Below are positions 27,891-37,737 of a DNA stretch of 51,356 nt, in pieces. The DNA comes from a virus (taxonomy: Duplodnaviria > Caudoviricetes): IMG/VR virus record IMGVR_UViG_3300046060_000001, positions 1 to 51,356 of that record, one strand, 5' to 3'. The notes below the pieces were generated by a model, which was not told where the DNA came from, searched no databases, and saw nothing but the letters and a program-made list of their open reading frames with translations. Every line of letters starts with the position of its first letter. Position 1 is the first letter of the stretch. The translations under genes and the position numbers were made by a program.

Positions 27891-28303
27891 ACTGTTATAG
27901 ACCTCGTTTCAGCGCCACCAGCTTCTCCTGCCGGTACTGCTGTGATGCTCGCATGGAGCGTCCCGGTTCTGATAAGGCCCTTCCGCTCTATTATATCCTT
28001 GACCCTATCTCTTAGAGCCTTGGCAACTTCCTCTACTAACTCGCTGGTCGAGTCAATATCTTCAAACTCTGCGTCTCCATATTGAGCCAAAAACTTCTGT
28101 ACGCCAGACCTTCGCAGTTCATCTACCGCAGGTCTAAAAAATGGTTTCGGATCCATCTTGGAAGTACCGAACTCCAAGAATACCGAGTAATCGACAGTTG
28201 TTACGACCAGATGCTCATCGTCTCTTCCCCAGCGTTGTTCGAGTTCCTCAAGTGCTGCCTCTAGCTCTTCGAGGCCTTCTATTTCGAACTCGAACTCAGT
28301 CAT
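27887..28303 (-). CDS. HK97 gp10-like neck/tail component
   Basis: YSVFLEFGTSKMDPKPFFRPA; RTGTLHASI. Confidence 0.85.
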   Translation of the reverse strand: MTEFEFEIEGLEELEAALEELEQRWGRDDEHLVVTTVDYSVFLEFGTSKMDPKPFFRPAVDELRRSGVQKFLAQYGDAEFEDIDSTSELVEEVAKALRDRVKDIIERKGLIRTGTLHASITAVPAGEAGGAETRSITV

Positions 28304-28691
28304 CTACTGATGCTCCCGCTAATCTAATGAGCCCATTATGAAGGTTTTCTACCTCTTGAACTCGATAGCGTTCATCGCTTCGTTGGTCTACTACCTCCAT
28401 TGAAGCTTCTGCAGCTTCACCATAACCCTCCCAACTAACATTCAGATCTTCGGGGACAAGGAACTGATTCCTGAACTGCTGCCCAGTCCCATGTTCCTCT
28501 TTGTCCCTGTCCGAATCTGGAGTAGTCGGGTTGGCGTCCACTGGTGATTCCGAGTGTTCACTAAAGGTTGCTTCGAAGCCATCGGCGGTGTCGTACGTTT
28601 CGCTGGCTACGAACACCTTTAGTTCTACTACCGGCATATGGGTGAGCAATCTCTGATGGATTGTATCCATCCGTCCCCACTTATCCATCAT
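28296..28691 (-). CDS. Head closure (stopper) protein
   Basis: Position in the neck cluster; RYRVQEV beta pattern. Confidence 0.55.
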   Translation of the reverse strand: MMDKWGRMDTIHQRLLTHMPVVELKVFVASETYDTADGFEATFSEHSESPVDANPTTPDSDRDKEEHGTGQQFRNQFLVPEDLNVSWEGYGEAAEASMEVVDQRSDERYRVQEVENLHNGLIRLAGASVDD

Positions 28692-28694
28692 CTA

Positions 28695-29054
28695 TCAACT
28701 CTTTTCTCCCGTACCGATGGTTTCGAAGATTGCTCCCATTTCCGGGCCGGTCCCTTCGAGTTGCGGGGCAAGAAGCTGAACCTGCTGACCGTAGAACGTC
28801 GAGTTTAGCTTCATGCCCGTCCGTCCCTGAAAGTTGACGCTAGTCGCGCCCTGTGACCCAGAAGCTATCCTCATGTCTTGCGCGGCTGCGAAATGACATG
28901 CTAGTATCTTGGTCACCCTGTCTTCGTTCGTTAAGAACTTTCTACTATCCAAATCGTCGACAACGTCTTCAGCGACGTTTATCCACGTTTGGATAGCGGA
29001 AGTTGACAGGTCTGTGTCGAAGATTTCTTCGACATCTCCAGGCTGGACGGCCAT
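28695..29054 (-). CDS. Head-tail adaptor protein
   Basis: LACHFA...S.SQG..SV.F...STFYGQ pattern. Confidence 0.7.
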   Translation of the reverse strand: MAVQPGDVEEIFDTDLSTSAIQTWINVAEDVVDDLDSRKFLTNEDRVTKILACHFAAAQDMRIASGSQGATSVNFQGRTGMKLNSTFYGQQVQLLAPQLEGTGPEMGAIFETIGTGEKS

Positions 29055-29061
29055 GTCTTAG

Positions 29062-29403
29062 TCAGTCCTCCGCGTAGTAGTCTAGTATCTGCTCCCTGAT
29101 GTCCTCCGCGGAAGCGTTTCCATCGACCTCTTCGATGTCTCCAGCGTACTCACTACGGAGTTCGTTTCTATCCAGTTCCTCCAACTCGGCTTCAGTCGGT
29201 GAAGGAGGAACGGACTCTTCCTCTTCCTCCTCTTCATCTTCTGATTCCTCGGAGTCATCGTCCTCTGGGTGGACTCTATCGAGTCTATCGCCGAAGGCGT
29301 CCAGTACCTGCTCTGGAGGGTCATCCCAGACGTCTCCCTCCTCCAAGTCGTCTTCTTCGGCTCGAGCTATCCCATTCTCGTGGTTAACTCGGTATCTGGT
29401 CAT
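29062..29403 (-). CDS. Acidic protein with C-terminal HeH/Rho-N-like domain
   Basis: Start ATG 29403; ELEELDRNELRS...GNASAEDIREQIL. Confidence 0.6.
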   Translation of the reverse strand: MTRYRVNHENGIARAEEDDLEEGDVWDDPPEQVLDAFGDRLDRVHPEDDDSEESEDEEEEEEESVPPSPTEAELEELDRNELRSEYAGDIEEVDGNASAEDIREQILDYYAED

Positions 29404-29411
29404 GATTGCCT

Positions 29412-30386
29412 CTAGCTGAGACCGGTGGCGTGGACGAGTCCAGAGTTCGTCCCGCCATCCGACTTGACTCGTGGAGCGAACATCGAGAACGTCTTGACGA
29501 TCGTCTCGAAGGGAGTGTTGTTCCACTCCGCCGTCTGGACGAGGTCTCCAGCAGCAACAGCGTCGACGACGTCGCTGGTGAGCTGAACCAGGACTGCTTC
29601 TCCGTCATCGAGCTTGTCGACTGCTGTAACATCGTCTATCTCGGAGAGGTCCTCAATGGTCTCTCGGAGACGTGAGTTGTCGAAGTCCGGGGACGGAGCG
29701 CGGAGATCGGACCACTGCTCTCCTGAAACGTAGAGCTGATACGGTCCGTAGTAGTCCGCGTTCTCGGCCTGGTCGATCATCGCCTGAATGTCACTATCAA
29801 CATTCGACGTAGTAGACCAGTCCGACCCGGTGTACTGATTTCGGTCGGGGTGGTTCGTGTACCCGTAGATGTCGAACGTGTCTCCGCGGTCGTCGGTGAT
29901 CGCGTGTCCCCAACCGTTGATGACGATATCCTCCATCCTCTCCATGACCTGACGCATTGCCTTGGTCACGTTGTTCTGCTGGATGTCGGGTTCTGCCGCC
30001 TCCTCCCGATGACCAATACGGAAGTTCATGTGGTGAATCGGGACGGGAACGCCCTTGGTCGTCCAAGTACTAGCCTCCTCGTTAACGTCCGAACGACCAT
30101 CCATAGTCGTCTCGGCGTTATCGAATTCGTTGGTCTCCTGCCACGTCGACACGGTAGTACCCATCCCGACGGTGTTGACCAGACCGTTGTCCTGCAGGTC
30201 CTGGACGACGTTGAGCCTCTCCTGTGCAACTCGGACGAGAAGGTCACTTACCTCTCTCCAGGAGCCTTCCGGTAGCCGAGACGTGTTACTACGATACTCC
30301 TTTCGTACAGCATTGCCCGCTAGGACTGGTTCCGCAGCTCCAGCCGCGTCGACCTGCGAAACCTGCTGAGTTGATGCTGCCCTCAT
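29412..30386 (-). CDS. Major capsid protein (HK97 fold, encapsulin/linocin-like branch)
   Basis: VPVPIHHMNFRIG.RE, MEDIVING, YGYTNHPDRN, YYGPYQLY; position after scaffold and decoration genes. Confidence 0.9.
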   Translation of the reverse strand: MRAASTQQVSQVDAAGAAEPVLAGNAVRKEYRSNTSRLPEGSWREVSDLLVRVAQERLNVVQDLQDNGLVNTVGMGTTVSTWQETNEFDNAETTMDGRSDVNEEASTWTTKGVPVPIHHMNFRIGHREEAAEPDIQQNNVTKAMRQVMERMEDIVINGWGHAITDDRGDTFDIYGYTNHPDRNQYTGSDWSTTSNVDSDIQAMIDQAENADYYGPYQLYVSGEQWSDLRAPSPDFDNSRLRETIEDLSEIDDVTAVDKLDDGEAVLVQLTSDVVDAVAAGDLVQTAEWNNTPFETIVKTFSMFAPRVKSDGGTNSGLVHATGLS

Positions 30387-30811
30387 CAGTTGGTCACCCT
30401 AACTTCGATCCGCGTGTTACTACTGGGATTTGCCGACGCCGTAGGGTACCCGAAGATACCACCGTCGGACGGACTAGTAGCAGTAGTCGAACTCACGAGA
30501 GTACCACTACCGTCGACGTAGAGTGCCGTATTCGGATCTACGTCCTCCCCTCCCTGAAGGAAAGCGTTGACTCTAGTACCCGGTCGGGGAACTGCAACCT
30601 TAATACCCTCCCCGGACGAGTAGGAGTCGTCGATGTCCTTACCGACTTCGGTAAACTCCATCGCGATGAAGCCATGGATAGCAGCGCCGTCAGAGTCATC
30701 AACGACGATGTCCCCATTGGTATCGTACCGAACCATCTCGCCAGGAGTAATTGACTCCTGTGCCTGTGCCTCGAACTGAGTGAATGGCCCTTCAACTATC
30801 GTGGTTGACAT
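30386..30811 (-). CDS. Capsid decoration/cement protein
   Basis: ITPGEMV...Y..GE...LYVDGSGTL; between scaffold and MCP. Confidence 0.7.
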   Translation of the reverse strand: MSTTIVEGPFTQFEAQAQESITPGEMVRYDTNGDIVVDDSDGAAIHGFIAMEFTEVGKDIDDSYSSGEGIKVAVPRPGTRVNAFLQGGEDVDPNTALYVDGSGTLVSSTTATSPSDGGIFGYPTASANPSSNTRIEVRVTN

Positions 30812-30813
30812 CC

Positions 30814-32523
30814 TCAGTCACTCTCCTGCCGAGCTTCATTGAGGCCAAGGGCGATATCCGAACTATCTTCCTCTTCGTTGATAGTAGCGGTAGCGCCACC
30901 AAAGCCACCTCTCGGCTTTACCTCTTCCTTCAGTGTCTCGAGGTGGTCCTTGTCGTCTGGCAGGTCCTCCTTGTCGAACTCGGAATGAGCTGCGACCTTC
31001 GTCTTGAGCCCATCGAGTTCCTGGCGTTCCTGTGCAGTGACCTTTTCCTCCACCTCGTTTTGTACCTCCTTGACCTCGGTAACCTCATCGCTAAGGCTAT
31101 TGACCGTATTGGCGAGGTCGTTAACCGTATCGGTGATTTCACTCACCTGAGATTCCAGCTCTTCCACGTCTTCGTTTTCCTCTTCGTTTGTTTGGTTGTC
31201 CTCGATACCCTCGACCTGCTCGGAATTGGTCTCCTCCTCTTCGTTAGATTCAGAGTCCGAATCCTCGTCCTCCTCATCTTCCTCCTGCTCCTCGAAGTCT
31301 TCGAGAGTCTCTTCGAGTGTATCGAGCTGTTCCTCTTCCATAGCCTGCAGAGCATCCTCATCGAAACGAGTCCTCTCTGCAAGATTCTCGATTCGGTCGC
31401 TCATGTGAGCTTCCTCTTGTTCTCCAGATTCACTGTTGTCCTCGGTTTCCGCCGGAGATTCGTTTTCTTCACTCTGCCATCCAAGGAACGACTTGAGGCC
31501 TTTGAGCATACCTCCTTCGTTATTCTCGAAGTCCTCCTCATCCATCGGTGGTGAGTCGAACTCCTTGTTTGCCGCTCGAAGGACAGAAAGGAGCTTATCC
31601 TCATCTTCTGCGTGACCACGAAGGTTGAACGCAGACGCGACGTTGCCCTTCCTGAGCATGCCATCTCCATCAACTAACGGGAATGATGAAGCCGACTTCG
31701 TGTCCTCGTCGAACACGTAATGGCTCTCGAAGTCGTCTTCGGGTATGTTACCCTCATCGAGTTTTCCACCCTTCGTACCTTGGAAACTAATACCGTCGAT
31801 GGACTTGTTGATTGCTGTTTCTGTCACATCTGTATGTTCACCACAAGAACAAGTACCAGAACTACACTGGTTTACTGTTATCCCACATCCATCTTCTACC
31901 GAACATTCCCCGATAGACTCAGGGAGTGTCGCAAGATGGTCGGGCTTAATGTTTCGTTGCTTAGCAACGAACTCCTCGTTATTGTGGTGTCCAGCGGTAC
32001 TTTCTCTGTCGTACCAGTACCCGGTCGAAACCTCTAGATCTTCTCCTTCAGTTTGTATCGCCTCCACTGGATTGTCTTTTTCGAAGTGTACCGCAGCTTC
32101 TTTTGAAGCTTGGATATTTATCCAAGCCTCTCCATCTAACTTACGGTCACTACTAATGGCGTTGACGTTGAATAGCCATCCTATCCCGTACTCGTGGAAT
32201 CTTTTGGGGACAGAAGCTGGAACGTGGCCACCGTTCTGCTTTGGGTGGCCAAGCGTCATCAGCGTTCCATTCCACGCCTGTGCTGTCCGTTTGATTTCGT
32301 CGAACTCAAGAAACTCGTCCTTGAGTACCATCTCCCGGACAGCCGTCACGGGAGCCACCAGATACTCTTCCCCGAATAACTCTTCCCTCCGAACCTCTGA
32401 ATCTGCGTTAATTGTCAGAGTCTGGGTGGCGTATTGGCCAGCGTTCATTTGTGTTCCCTCTGCGAATTGATTTTCAGCGTCATCGGGGAGTTCGCCTTCT
32501 GTACTTAGATGAGTTCCTGACAT
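30814..32523 (-). CDS. DUF2213-like prohead protease fused to acidic scaffold
   Basis: WNG...TLGHP, EVSTGY, PDHLA.LP...GECS..DGCG; acidic coiled-coil C-terminus; start ATG 32523. Confidence 0.8.
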   Translation of the reverse strand: MSGTHLSTEGELPDDAENQFAEGTQMNAGQYATQTLTINADSEVRREELFGEEYLVAPVTAVREMVLKDEFLEFDEIKRTAQAWNGTLMTLGHPKQNGGHVPASVPKRFHEYGIGWLFNVNAISSDRKLDGEAWINIQASKEAAVHFEKDNPVEAIQTEGEDLEVSTGYWYDRESTAGHHNNEEFVAKQRNIKPDHLATLPESIGECSVEDGCGITVNQCSSGTCSCGEHTDVTETAINKSIDGISFQGTKGGKLDEGNIPEDDFESHYVFDEDTKSASSFPLVDGDGMLRKGNVASAFNLRGHAEDEDKLLSVLRAANKEFDSPPMDEEDFENNEGGMLKGLKSFLGWQSEENESPAETEDNSESGEQEEAHMSDRIENLAERTRFDEDALQAMEEEQLDTLEETLEDFEEQEEDEEDEDSDSESNEEEETNSEQVEGIEDNQTNEEENEDVEELESQVSEITDTVNDLANTVNSLSDEVTEVKEVQNEVEEKVTAQERQELDGLKTKVAAHSEFDKEDLPDDKDHLETLKEEVKPRGGFGGATATINEEEDSSDIALGLNEARQESD

Positions 32524-32525
32524 TG

Positions 32526-33422
32526 TCAAAACTCCAGGACTACACTCCATACGCACCTACACCGAGGGTGCTGTGGAATTAGCCCTCTTGCCTTTGAGAT
32601 GGACATGTTGCGATTGTCGAATGGACGACAGATCTCGCAAACGTCTCCATCACCCGCTGTACTGTACTCGGCCTGTAACTTAACCGACTCTACGAAGTCT
32701 CGAAACGTATGGAATCGTTCGAGGGTAGCTTCCGCATGTGCCATAGCCGTAACCGTAAGACCATGCGTTTTCCCTCTTTTGATTCCAATTTTATCTATTA
32801 CCTCGTTTATCGAATTTGCAAGTGTACGTTTACTATTGGTAGCCAGTAGTTCTTCCTGTACCAACCGAGAAGCCTCTCCAATTATATCATTCTTGATTTT
32901 CTCCAATCCCTCCTTACTTCGGTTCTTGATTACTCGAAGTTGTCTACGGTGCTTCTTTCGGTTTAGAATGGGGGCTAGACTGGTATCTCTACCAACATCG
33001 AGGATACTGCCCCCTCTGATACCACCAGTTGTTGCTCTAATCTGGGCTCTATCTCCTCTATCTACTTCATCTTCCAGAGTATCATCGGATAGTCCACTCT
33101 GGTTAAGTTCGATATTCGCGTGCATGAGCCCGCGCCTATATGCGCTCGTAATGAAGTGTTCCAGCTCTTGGTGGTCTATCATCTCATCCAATGCTGATGT
33201 TAACCAGTTCAAGAAGCTTTCTCCTACTGGCTCAGGAAATCCACTTCTAGACTGAAGATTCGTGGACAGGTTAAGCGCGTCATCTTCCTCTACTGTTTCC
33301 CTTACGACTCCTTTGACCTCCCTGAACCTTTTGTAGATTTCGGTATTGAACTGCTTCTGATACGGTTCCAACCCACCAGGGTCTAACCTCTTTCTCTGAG
33401 TGTTCTGGCGGGTTACTGACAT
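32526..33422 (-). CDS. Mu gpF/SPP1 gp7-like head morphogenesis protein
   Basis: TAGDGDVCEIC...IPQHPRCRC. Confidence 0.88.
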   Translation of the reverse strand: MSVTRQNTQRKRLDPGGLEPYQKQFNTEIYKRFREVKGVVRETVEEDDALNLSTNLQSRSGFPEPVGESFLNWLTSALDEMIDHQELEHFITSAYRRGLMHANIELNQSGLSDDTLEDEVDRGDRAQIRATTGGIRGGSILDVGRDTSLAPILNRKKHRRQLRVIKNRSKEGLEKIKNDIIGEASRLVQEELLATNSKRTLANSINEVIDKIGIKRGKTHGLTVTAMAHAEATLERFHTFRDFVESVKLQAEYSTAGDGDVCEICRPFDNRNMSISKARGLIPQHPRCRCVWSVVLEF

Positions 33423-33431
33423 TGTATCTGT

Positions 33432-34406
33432 TTAGTACGACAAGTCGGGCTCTTTCGACCGTACTCGCTCTCCGAGAATATGGATCTTGCCGTCTCCACT
33501 AATGTAGCTATTATCCATCACAGTAACGTGCGTTTTACCGTACACTTCGACTAAATCATCCTGGTCAGGCTCGTGGTCGTGATGTGAGAGGCCAAGGCAA
33601 TGCCCGATTTCGTGGAGTACCGAGTTGATGCTGTGTCCGAGCCCACCATAGTGGCGTTCCCGAACGCAGTCGTCTTCTTTCCACGGGTAGTGGTCGGCGG
33701 GGCCATTCATCTTGTGGAAATTCACCACGCAGTAATGTCCACCGCCTTCTCCAAATACACCGGGAAGATGACCAATGAGCGCGTTCGCGTGCTTCGCCCT
33801 ATTGTCCGAGGACAGTTGCCAGTAATAGTCCTTGAACGCTCCATACCACGTGCCGTGGTTATCTCGGGAGTTCCTGTCGATGGGTACGGGCTCGGAGTGA
33901 ATGGTACAATTGACTTCGTAGTCCTTCCCCCACGCTTCCTCGTAGCAATATTCCACGTAGGGTTTCGCCATCTTACATCCCCACTCTCCTAACTCGTCTC
34001 CTTCTCTCCAATAGAGACGTACCTCGATGGTTTCTTCTCCGATTCCTCTATGAGGAGTATCCACGCACTCGTTTGGTGGCCACTTGATGTCCAATGATTC
34101 TTCGCTCGACTTGTTTACATCCTCGTCGGGTTTAACGTCCTCTTCCTTTGGTTCCGTTTTCTCTTCCGTACTCTGACCTTCATCTTCATGGAAATGACCA
34201 TCCTCTTCTTCGTCTGGTGGTGTGTGCTCTTCCCTCGGTGGGTCTTCGACATCTGGTTTTTCTACTGGCGCATCCACTAAATCATCTTCATCTTTCTGAT
34301 CCGTTTGTTCAGTATCCTTTTCGTCTTGTTTGCTAGTCCACTTAAGTAGTGAGCGGACGAATCGGTATATTTTTCTGAACATCTTTTTGAATCTCTTTGT
34401 ATTCAT
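33432..34406 (-). CDS. Metzincin-type zinc metalloprotease
   Basis: HEIGHCLGLSH (HExxHxxGxxH) and downstream TVM Met-turn; ATGA overlap with the portal stop. Confidence 0.8.
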   Translation of the reverse strand: MNTKRFKKMFRKIYRFVRSLLKWTSKQDEKDTEQTDQKDEDDLVDAPVEKPDVEDPPREEHTPPDEEEDGHFHEDEGQSTEEKTEPKEEDVKPDEDVNKSSEESLDIKWPPNECVDTPHRGIGEETIEVRLYWREGDELGEWGCKMAKPYVEYCYEEAWGKDYEVNCTIHSEPVPIDRNSRDNHGTWYGAFKDYYWQLSSDNRAKHANALIGHLPGVFGEGGGHYCVVNFHKMNGPADHYPWKEDDCVRERHYGGLGHSINSVLHEIGHCLGLSHHDHEPDQDDLVEVYGKTHVTVMDNSYISGDGKIHILGERVRSKEPDLSY

Positions 34407-36403
34407 TCGTCGAATCCACCTCTCCAATCCTCTGTCAGTAGAACCTCGTCCTTCATGCTAGCACAGAAGGCATCAGCCCGAGGTCCATGAATTTCAGTTC
34501 TACATCCCCTAAATGTCCCTCCCATTGACGACCATGCGTCTAGAAGGATTAAACGTGCTGGTTTAGGTGATTTCTCCCACGTCGGCGGCCATGAATCCCA
34601 ACCAAGGCCCGGGTTTCTTCCAGCGATGAAACCAGCAAACTCAACATTTTGCAACCGAATATTAGTCTGCTTGGCGTCCTCATAGATATTTGCCGTCTCG
34701 GCCTCCTTAGCTTTCTCTGGATCTGAGACCTCGTCGGGGATATCCTCATTCCAATCGGACTTCTCTATCTCGGAAGCCTTGAATGCTGCAGAACCGTCTT
34801 CATGTGCTATTATGTAGACCGGCGAATCTCCCGATCCTTCAGTCGTTTCTCCATCGACTACAACGTTTCCTTCGTAGATGTCTACAACCACTCCACGTTT
34901 ACCACCAGCCTCTACTACATCTCCCTCACTATATTGCTTAGCACCGAAAGTTATATCATCGAAGTGTTCTTCATCGACTTGACCAATAGTCGGTGATTCC
35001 TGAGGTCCACCAGGTCCAGTACCAGCGCCCGTACCATCGACATCCGGTTCTTCGGGTAGTTCAGTTTCCATCTCAGGTTCCCAACCGAGTAGTTCCTCCC
35101 TGACTTCTTCGGGCGTAAGAACTGTAGCCGGGTCTCCACCAGGTGCAGCAGTTCTCGCAGTTTGAGCCTTCTGAAGCCCGAGGTTGGCCCTTTCGAGTTG
35201 AGTAAGTTGGAATAGCTCGCTCCACTCAACAGTATACTCCTGAACTTGTGGCAAAGCCTCGTACTTGATCAAACGGTCCAAGAAAGGACGAAGGATGACT
35301 GGTTCCGCGAAACTACTTTGTCTCCCGGAGACCTTCTCGAACCATGAGGCCTCGTCCTGTGAACTTGCAAGGTCTCCTCTTTCGGAGCCAAGGAGTTTCC
35401 TCTTAGGTATCTGCATTGCCCCCGCGAGAAGACTTATCTGCGTATCTACCGAGTTCTTAGGGTCTATCGTCTCGGTCTGGATTTCCTTGATATCGGTACC
35501 CCAAGACTTAATGAACCGTCGCATGTCATGCTCGTATTCCTCTATTTGGGTCTCGAGGTCTTCTGTGTCTACCTGTCCATGCAAATCCTTGTCTATATCT
35601 AGCTGAAGACCGGGGTTAGCAGCAAGCCAAGCTCCTTCTCCGGAAGATGCGAGAATTTTCTCTATATCGTATAGACGATTCATCACCCGTTCCAAAACTG
35701 GCCTGCCTTGGAGTGGGTCCTCTAGAACTCCTTCTGCAACGTGGATAACCCGAGACCAATGGACAGTAGTCGTCGTATGGAGCTCGTCGAAATCTATTTC
35801 GTACGTAGCTGGCTTTCCAAACCTCGGACTACTTGGGTCTGTGACCTTGTCATTGAAATCTACATTCGGTTCAGGGACAGGAGTGAGGTACATTATGTCG
35901 CGGATATTATCTATCTGATCCGCTTGTACCTCGTTTTTCAGGTCATCCTTATCCTTAGCGTCTGCCCAGCCAATGAATAGAACCGAGTACTCGCCCAAGC
36001 GTGCGAGTATATCAGTACGCTTGAAGTAGTGCAGAACACTTCTGTCGAGCTGGATCATCCTCGACTTTTCGAAGAGCCTCTTGACCTCTTTTTCGAATTC
36101 TTCGCTATCAGCTTTGACCTTGGGCGCTTCCTTCCAAGTCGAGTCGGGGTAGGATTCGACTATGGCCGCTGCTATGTCTTGTCGTGTAAAGCGCTCCTTA
36201 CTATCCTTGTAGTTTACCGTCTCGGGATAGCCAACCGCATCGTATACGTCCCTATCTCCCCCGAAGTGCATTCCCGCTCTATTAGCCAGCTCAGAACGAG
36301 TGCGCATAAGCTGAGAGTATGTCTCAAATTCCTCGTAGGACATGAACTCCTGAGCATTTGGCTCTTCTCCATCGGGACCACCATTTCTCTGTTGCTCTGT
36401 CAT
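34403..36403 (-). CDS. Portal protein (DUF1073-like) with C-terminal extension
   Basis: RQDIAAAIV, SPRFGKP..Y, VHWSRVIH, IPKRKLLGSERG.LASSQD, ILRPFLDRLI. Confidence 0.9.
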   Translation of the reverse strand: MTEQQRNGGPDGEEPNAQEFMSYEEFETYSQLMRTRSELANRAGMHFGGDRDVYDAVGYPETVNYKDSKERFTRQDIAAAIVESYPDSTWKEAPKVKADSEEFEKEVKRLFEKSRMIQLDRSVLHYFKRTDILARLGEYSVLFIGWADAKDKDDLKNEVQADQIDNIRDIMYLTPVPEPNVDFNDKVTDPSSPRFGKPATYEIDFDELHTTTTVHWSRVIHVAEGVLEDPLQGRPVLERVMNRLYDIEKILASSGEGAWLAANPGLQLDIDKDLHGQVDTEDLETQIEEYEHDMRRFIKSWGTDIKEIQTETIDPKNSVDTQISLLAGAMQIPKRKLLGSERGDLASSQDEASWFEKVSGRQSSFAEPVILRPFLDRLIKYEALPQVQEYTVEWSELFQLTQLERANLGLQKAQTARTAAPGGDPATVLTPEEVREELLGWEPEMETELPEEPDVDGTGAGTGPGGPQESPTIGQVDEEHFDDITFGAKQYSEGDVVEAGGKRGVVVDIYEGNVVVDGETTEGSGDSPVYIIAHEDGSAAFKASEIEKSDWNEDIPDEVSDPEKAKEAETANIYEDAKQTNIRLQNVEFAGFIAGRNPGLGWDSWPPTWEKSPKPARLILLDAWSSMGGTFRGCRTEIHGPRADAFCASMKDEVLLTEDWRGGFDE

Positions 36404-36411
36404 TGTATCAC

Positions 36412-37737
36412 CTAAGCGTTCTGCTTCGTATCGATCTCGAGGGAGTAGGTCCCCGTAGTATTCCCGTCGATGAGAACTAACCCATAATCCGTATCCGTGA
36501 GAACTCTTGATTTGTCCCCTCCAACCACGGTTCTATTCGTGGATTGGTCCACATTTACTTCTACACTCGCTATCTGGTACCCTCCAGGGTTTGTCATCGT
36601 ATCTGACGTCGTAGGGCCACTGGAGTCGGTCCCAGAATCATCCTCTACTGGTCCAGTAGCGTTTCCTGCAGCTCCATCCCCTTCGACCTGCCTAATAACA
36701 CTGTTTGTCTCACTGTGCTCCACTGGAACTGAAAAGTCGCTATCCTGATAGTTCGTCTCGCTGGGGTCGACAGCTTGAACCAATACTTTGATTGAATCAG
36801 CTGATGGATGTGAAGCTATACTAACGTCGTCTATTATACACTGAACTCTTTCCCTACCGTCTGCAACCTTTAATGCTCCAACTACCTCGAAAGTCCCAGA
36901 TGTAGCATTACTAACATCCGCTGTAAAGTCGTGTGATTTATCCTTGAACTTGATGGTAAACCGTCCAGGAATCTGTCCCGATATACTCCCGAGTTCCACT
37001 ACAAGCCCACTGTTAGCTGAATCCTGGTGAACTTGGAACCTAACTCTCTTACTACCAAACAGCGGACCCTTTCCGTCATCGTTTGCTACACTACCCAGAA
37101 CTCTGTTTCTCTGCGGGTTCGTTCGATCTCTACCTACGCTAGTAAATGTCTCTATAAATTTCCCGGGTCCAACATCGTACCAGTTCAGCCAAATAGCAAC
37201 CCTCTTCCAAATATCAGCTCCCTTATTCGGGCGTGCGAATAGTGAATCGACTATAGTTCCATCTCTAACTTCTGCCAGGAATACTCTATCCAAACCCGTC
37301 GATTCGGTGAAAAAGAAGAAATACCCATCAGCTGAACTCCCACTATAGCTATGTGTGGACGGATCGAAGTTATCTACATCGGGGTCTCCAAAACCACCAG
37401 CGATTACATCTCCAGACTGTGGTGCTTGAGAGAGCTGGAAGGCCATCGTCGCTATCAAATCGAAACCAACTGGATAGGGAATTCTCTCTGCCGACCGCCC
37501 TGTAATCGTATCTCCAGAGTCCGGCTTGAGTTTTACTCCAGCATCTATATCCTCGAACCTATTATCCGTCCCATACTGTAGAAAGACTCTTGAACCATTT
37601 CTATAGAAACGAAGTCTCTCGGGGGTAACCTCTTTCTCTCCAGGAACATCTAGAATATCTGTCATCGGATTAGCCACGAGATGTCCGAAGTTGTCAACTC
37701 TCCCCTTTCCTTCCATCTGATGCTTATCTATCCTCAT
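36412..37737 (-). CDS. Beta-rich hypothetical protein, probably virion-associated
   Basis: 441 aa between TerL and portal; DGYFF, WYDVG. Confidence 0.55.
   Translation of the reverse strand: MRIDKHQMEGKGRVDNFGHLVANPMTDILDVPGEKEVTPERLRFYRNGSRVFLQYGTDNRFEDIDAGVKLKPDSGDTITGRSAERIPYPVGFDLIATMAFQLSQAPQSGDVIAGGFGDPDVDNFDPSTHSYSGSSADGYFFFFTESTGLDRVFLAEVRDGTIVDSLFARPNKGADIWKRVAIWLNWYDVGPGKFIETFTSVGRDRTNPQRNRVLGSVANDDGKGPLFGSKRVRFQVHQDSANSGLVVELGSISGQIPGRFTIKFKDKSHDFTADVSNATSGTFEVVGALKVADGRERVQCIIDDVSIASHPSADSIKVLVQAVDPSETNYQDSDFSVPVEHSETNSVIRQVEGDGAAGNATGPVEDDSGTDSSGPTTSDTMTNPGGYQIASVEVNVDQSTNRTVVGGDKSRVLTDTDYGLVLIDGNTTGTYSLEIDTKQNA

Noticed and set aside
29412-30386. Cellular encapsulin/linocin nanocompartment
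   Set aside because: Embedded among portal, protease, neck and tail genes, so it is the viral major capsid protein
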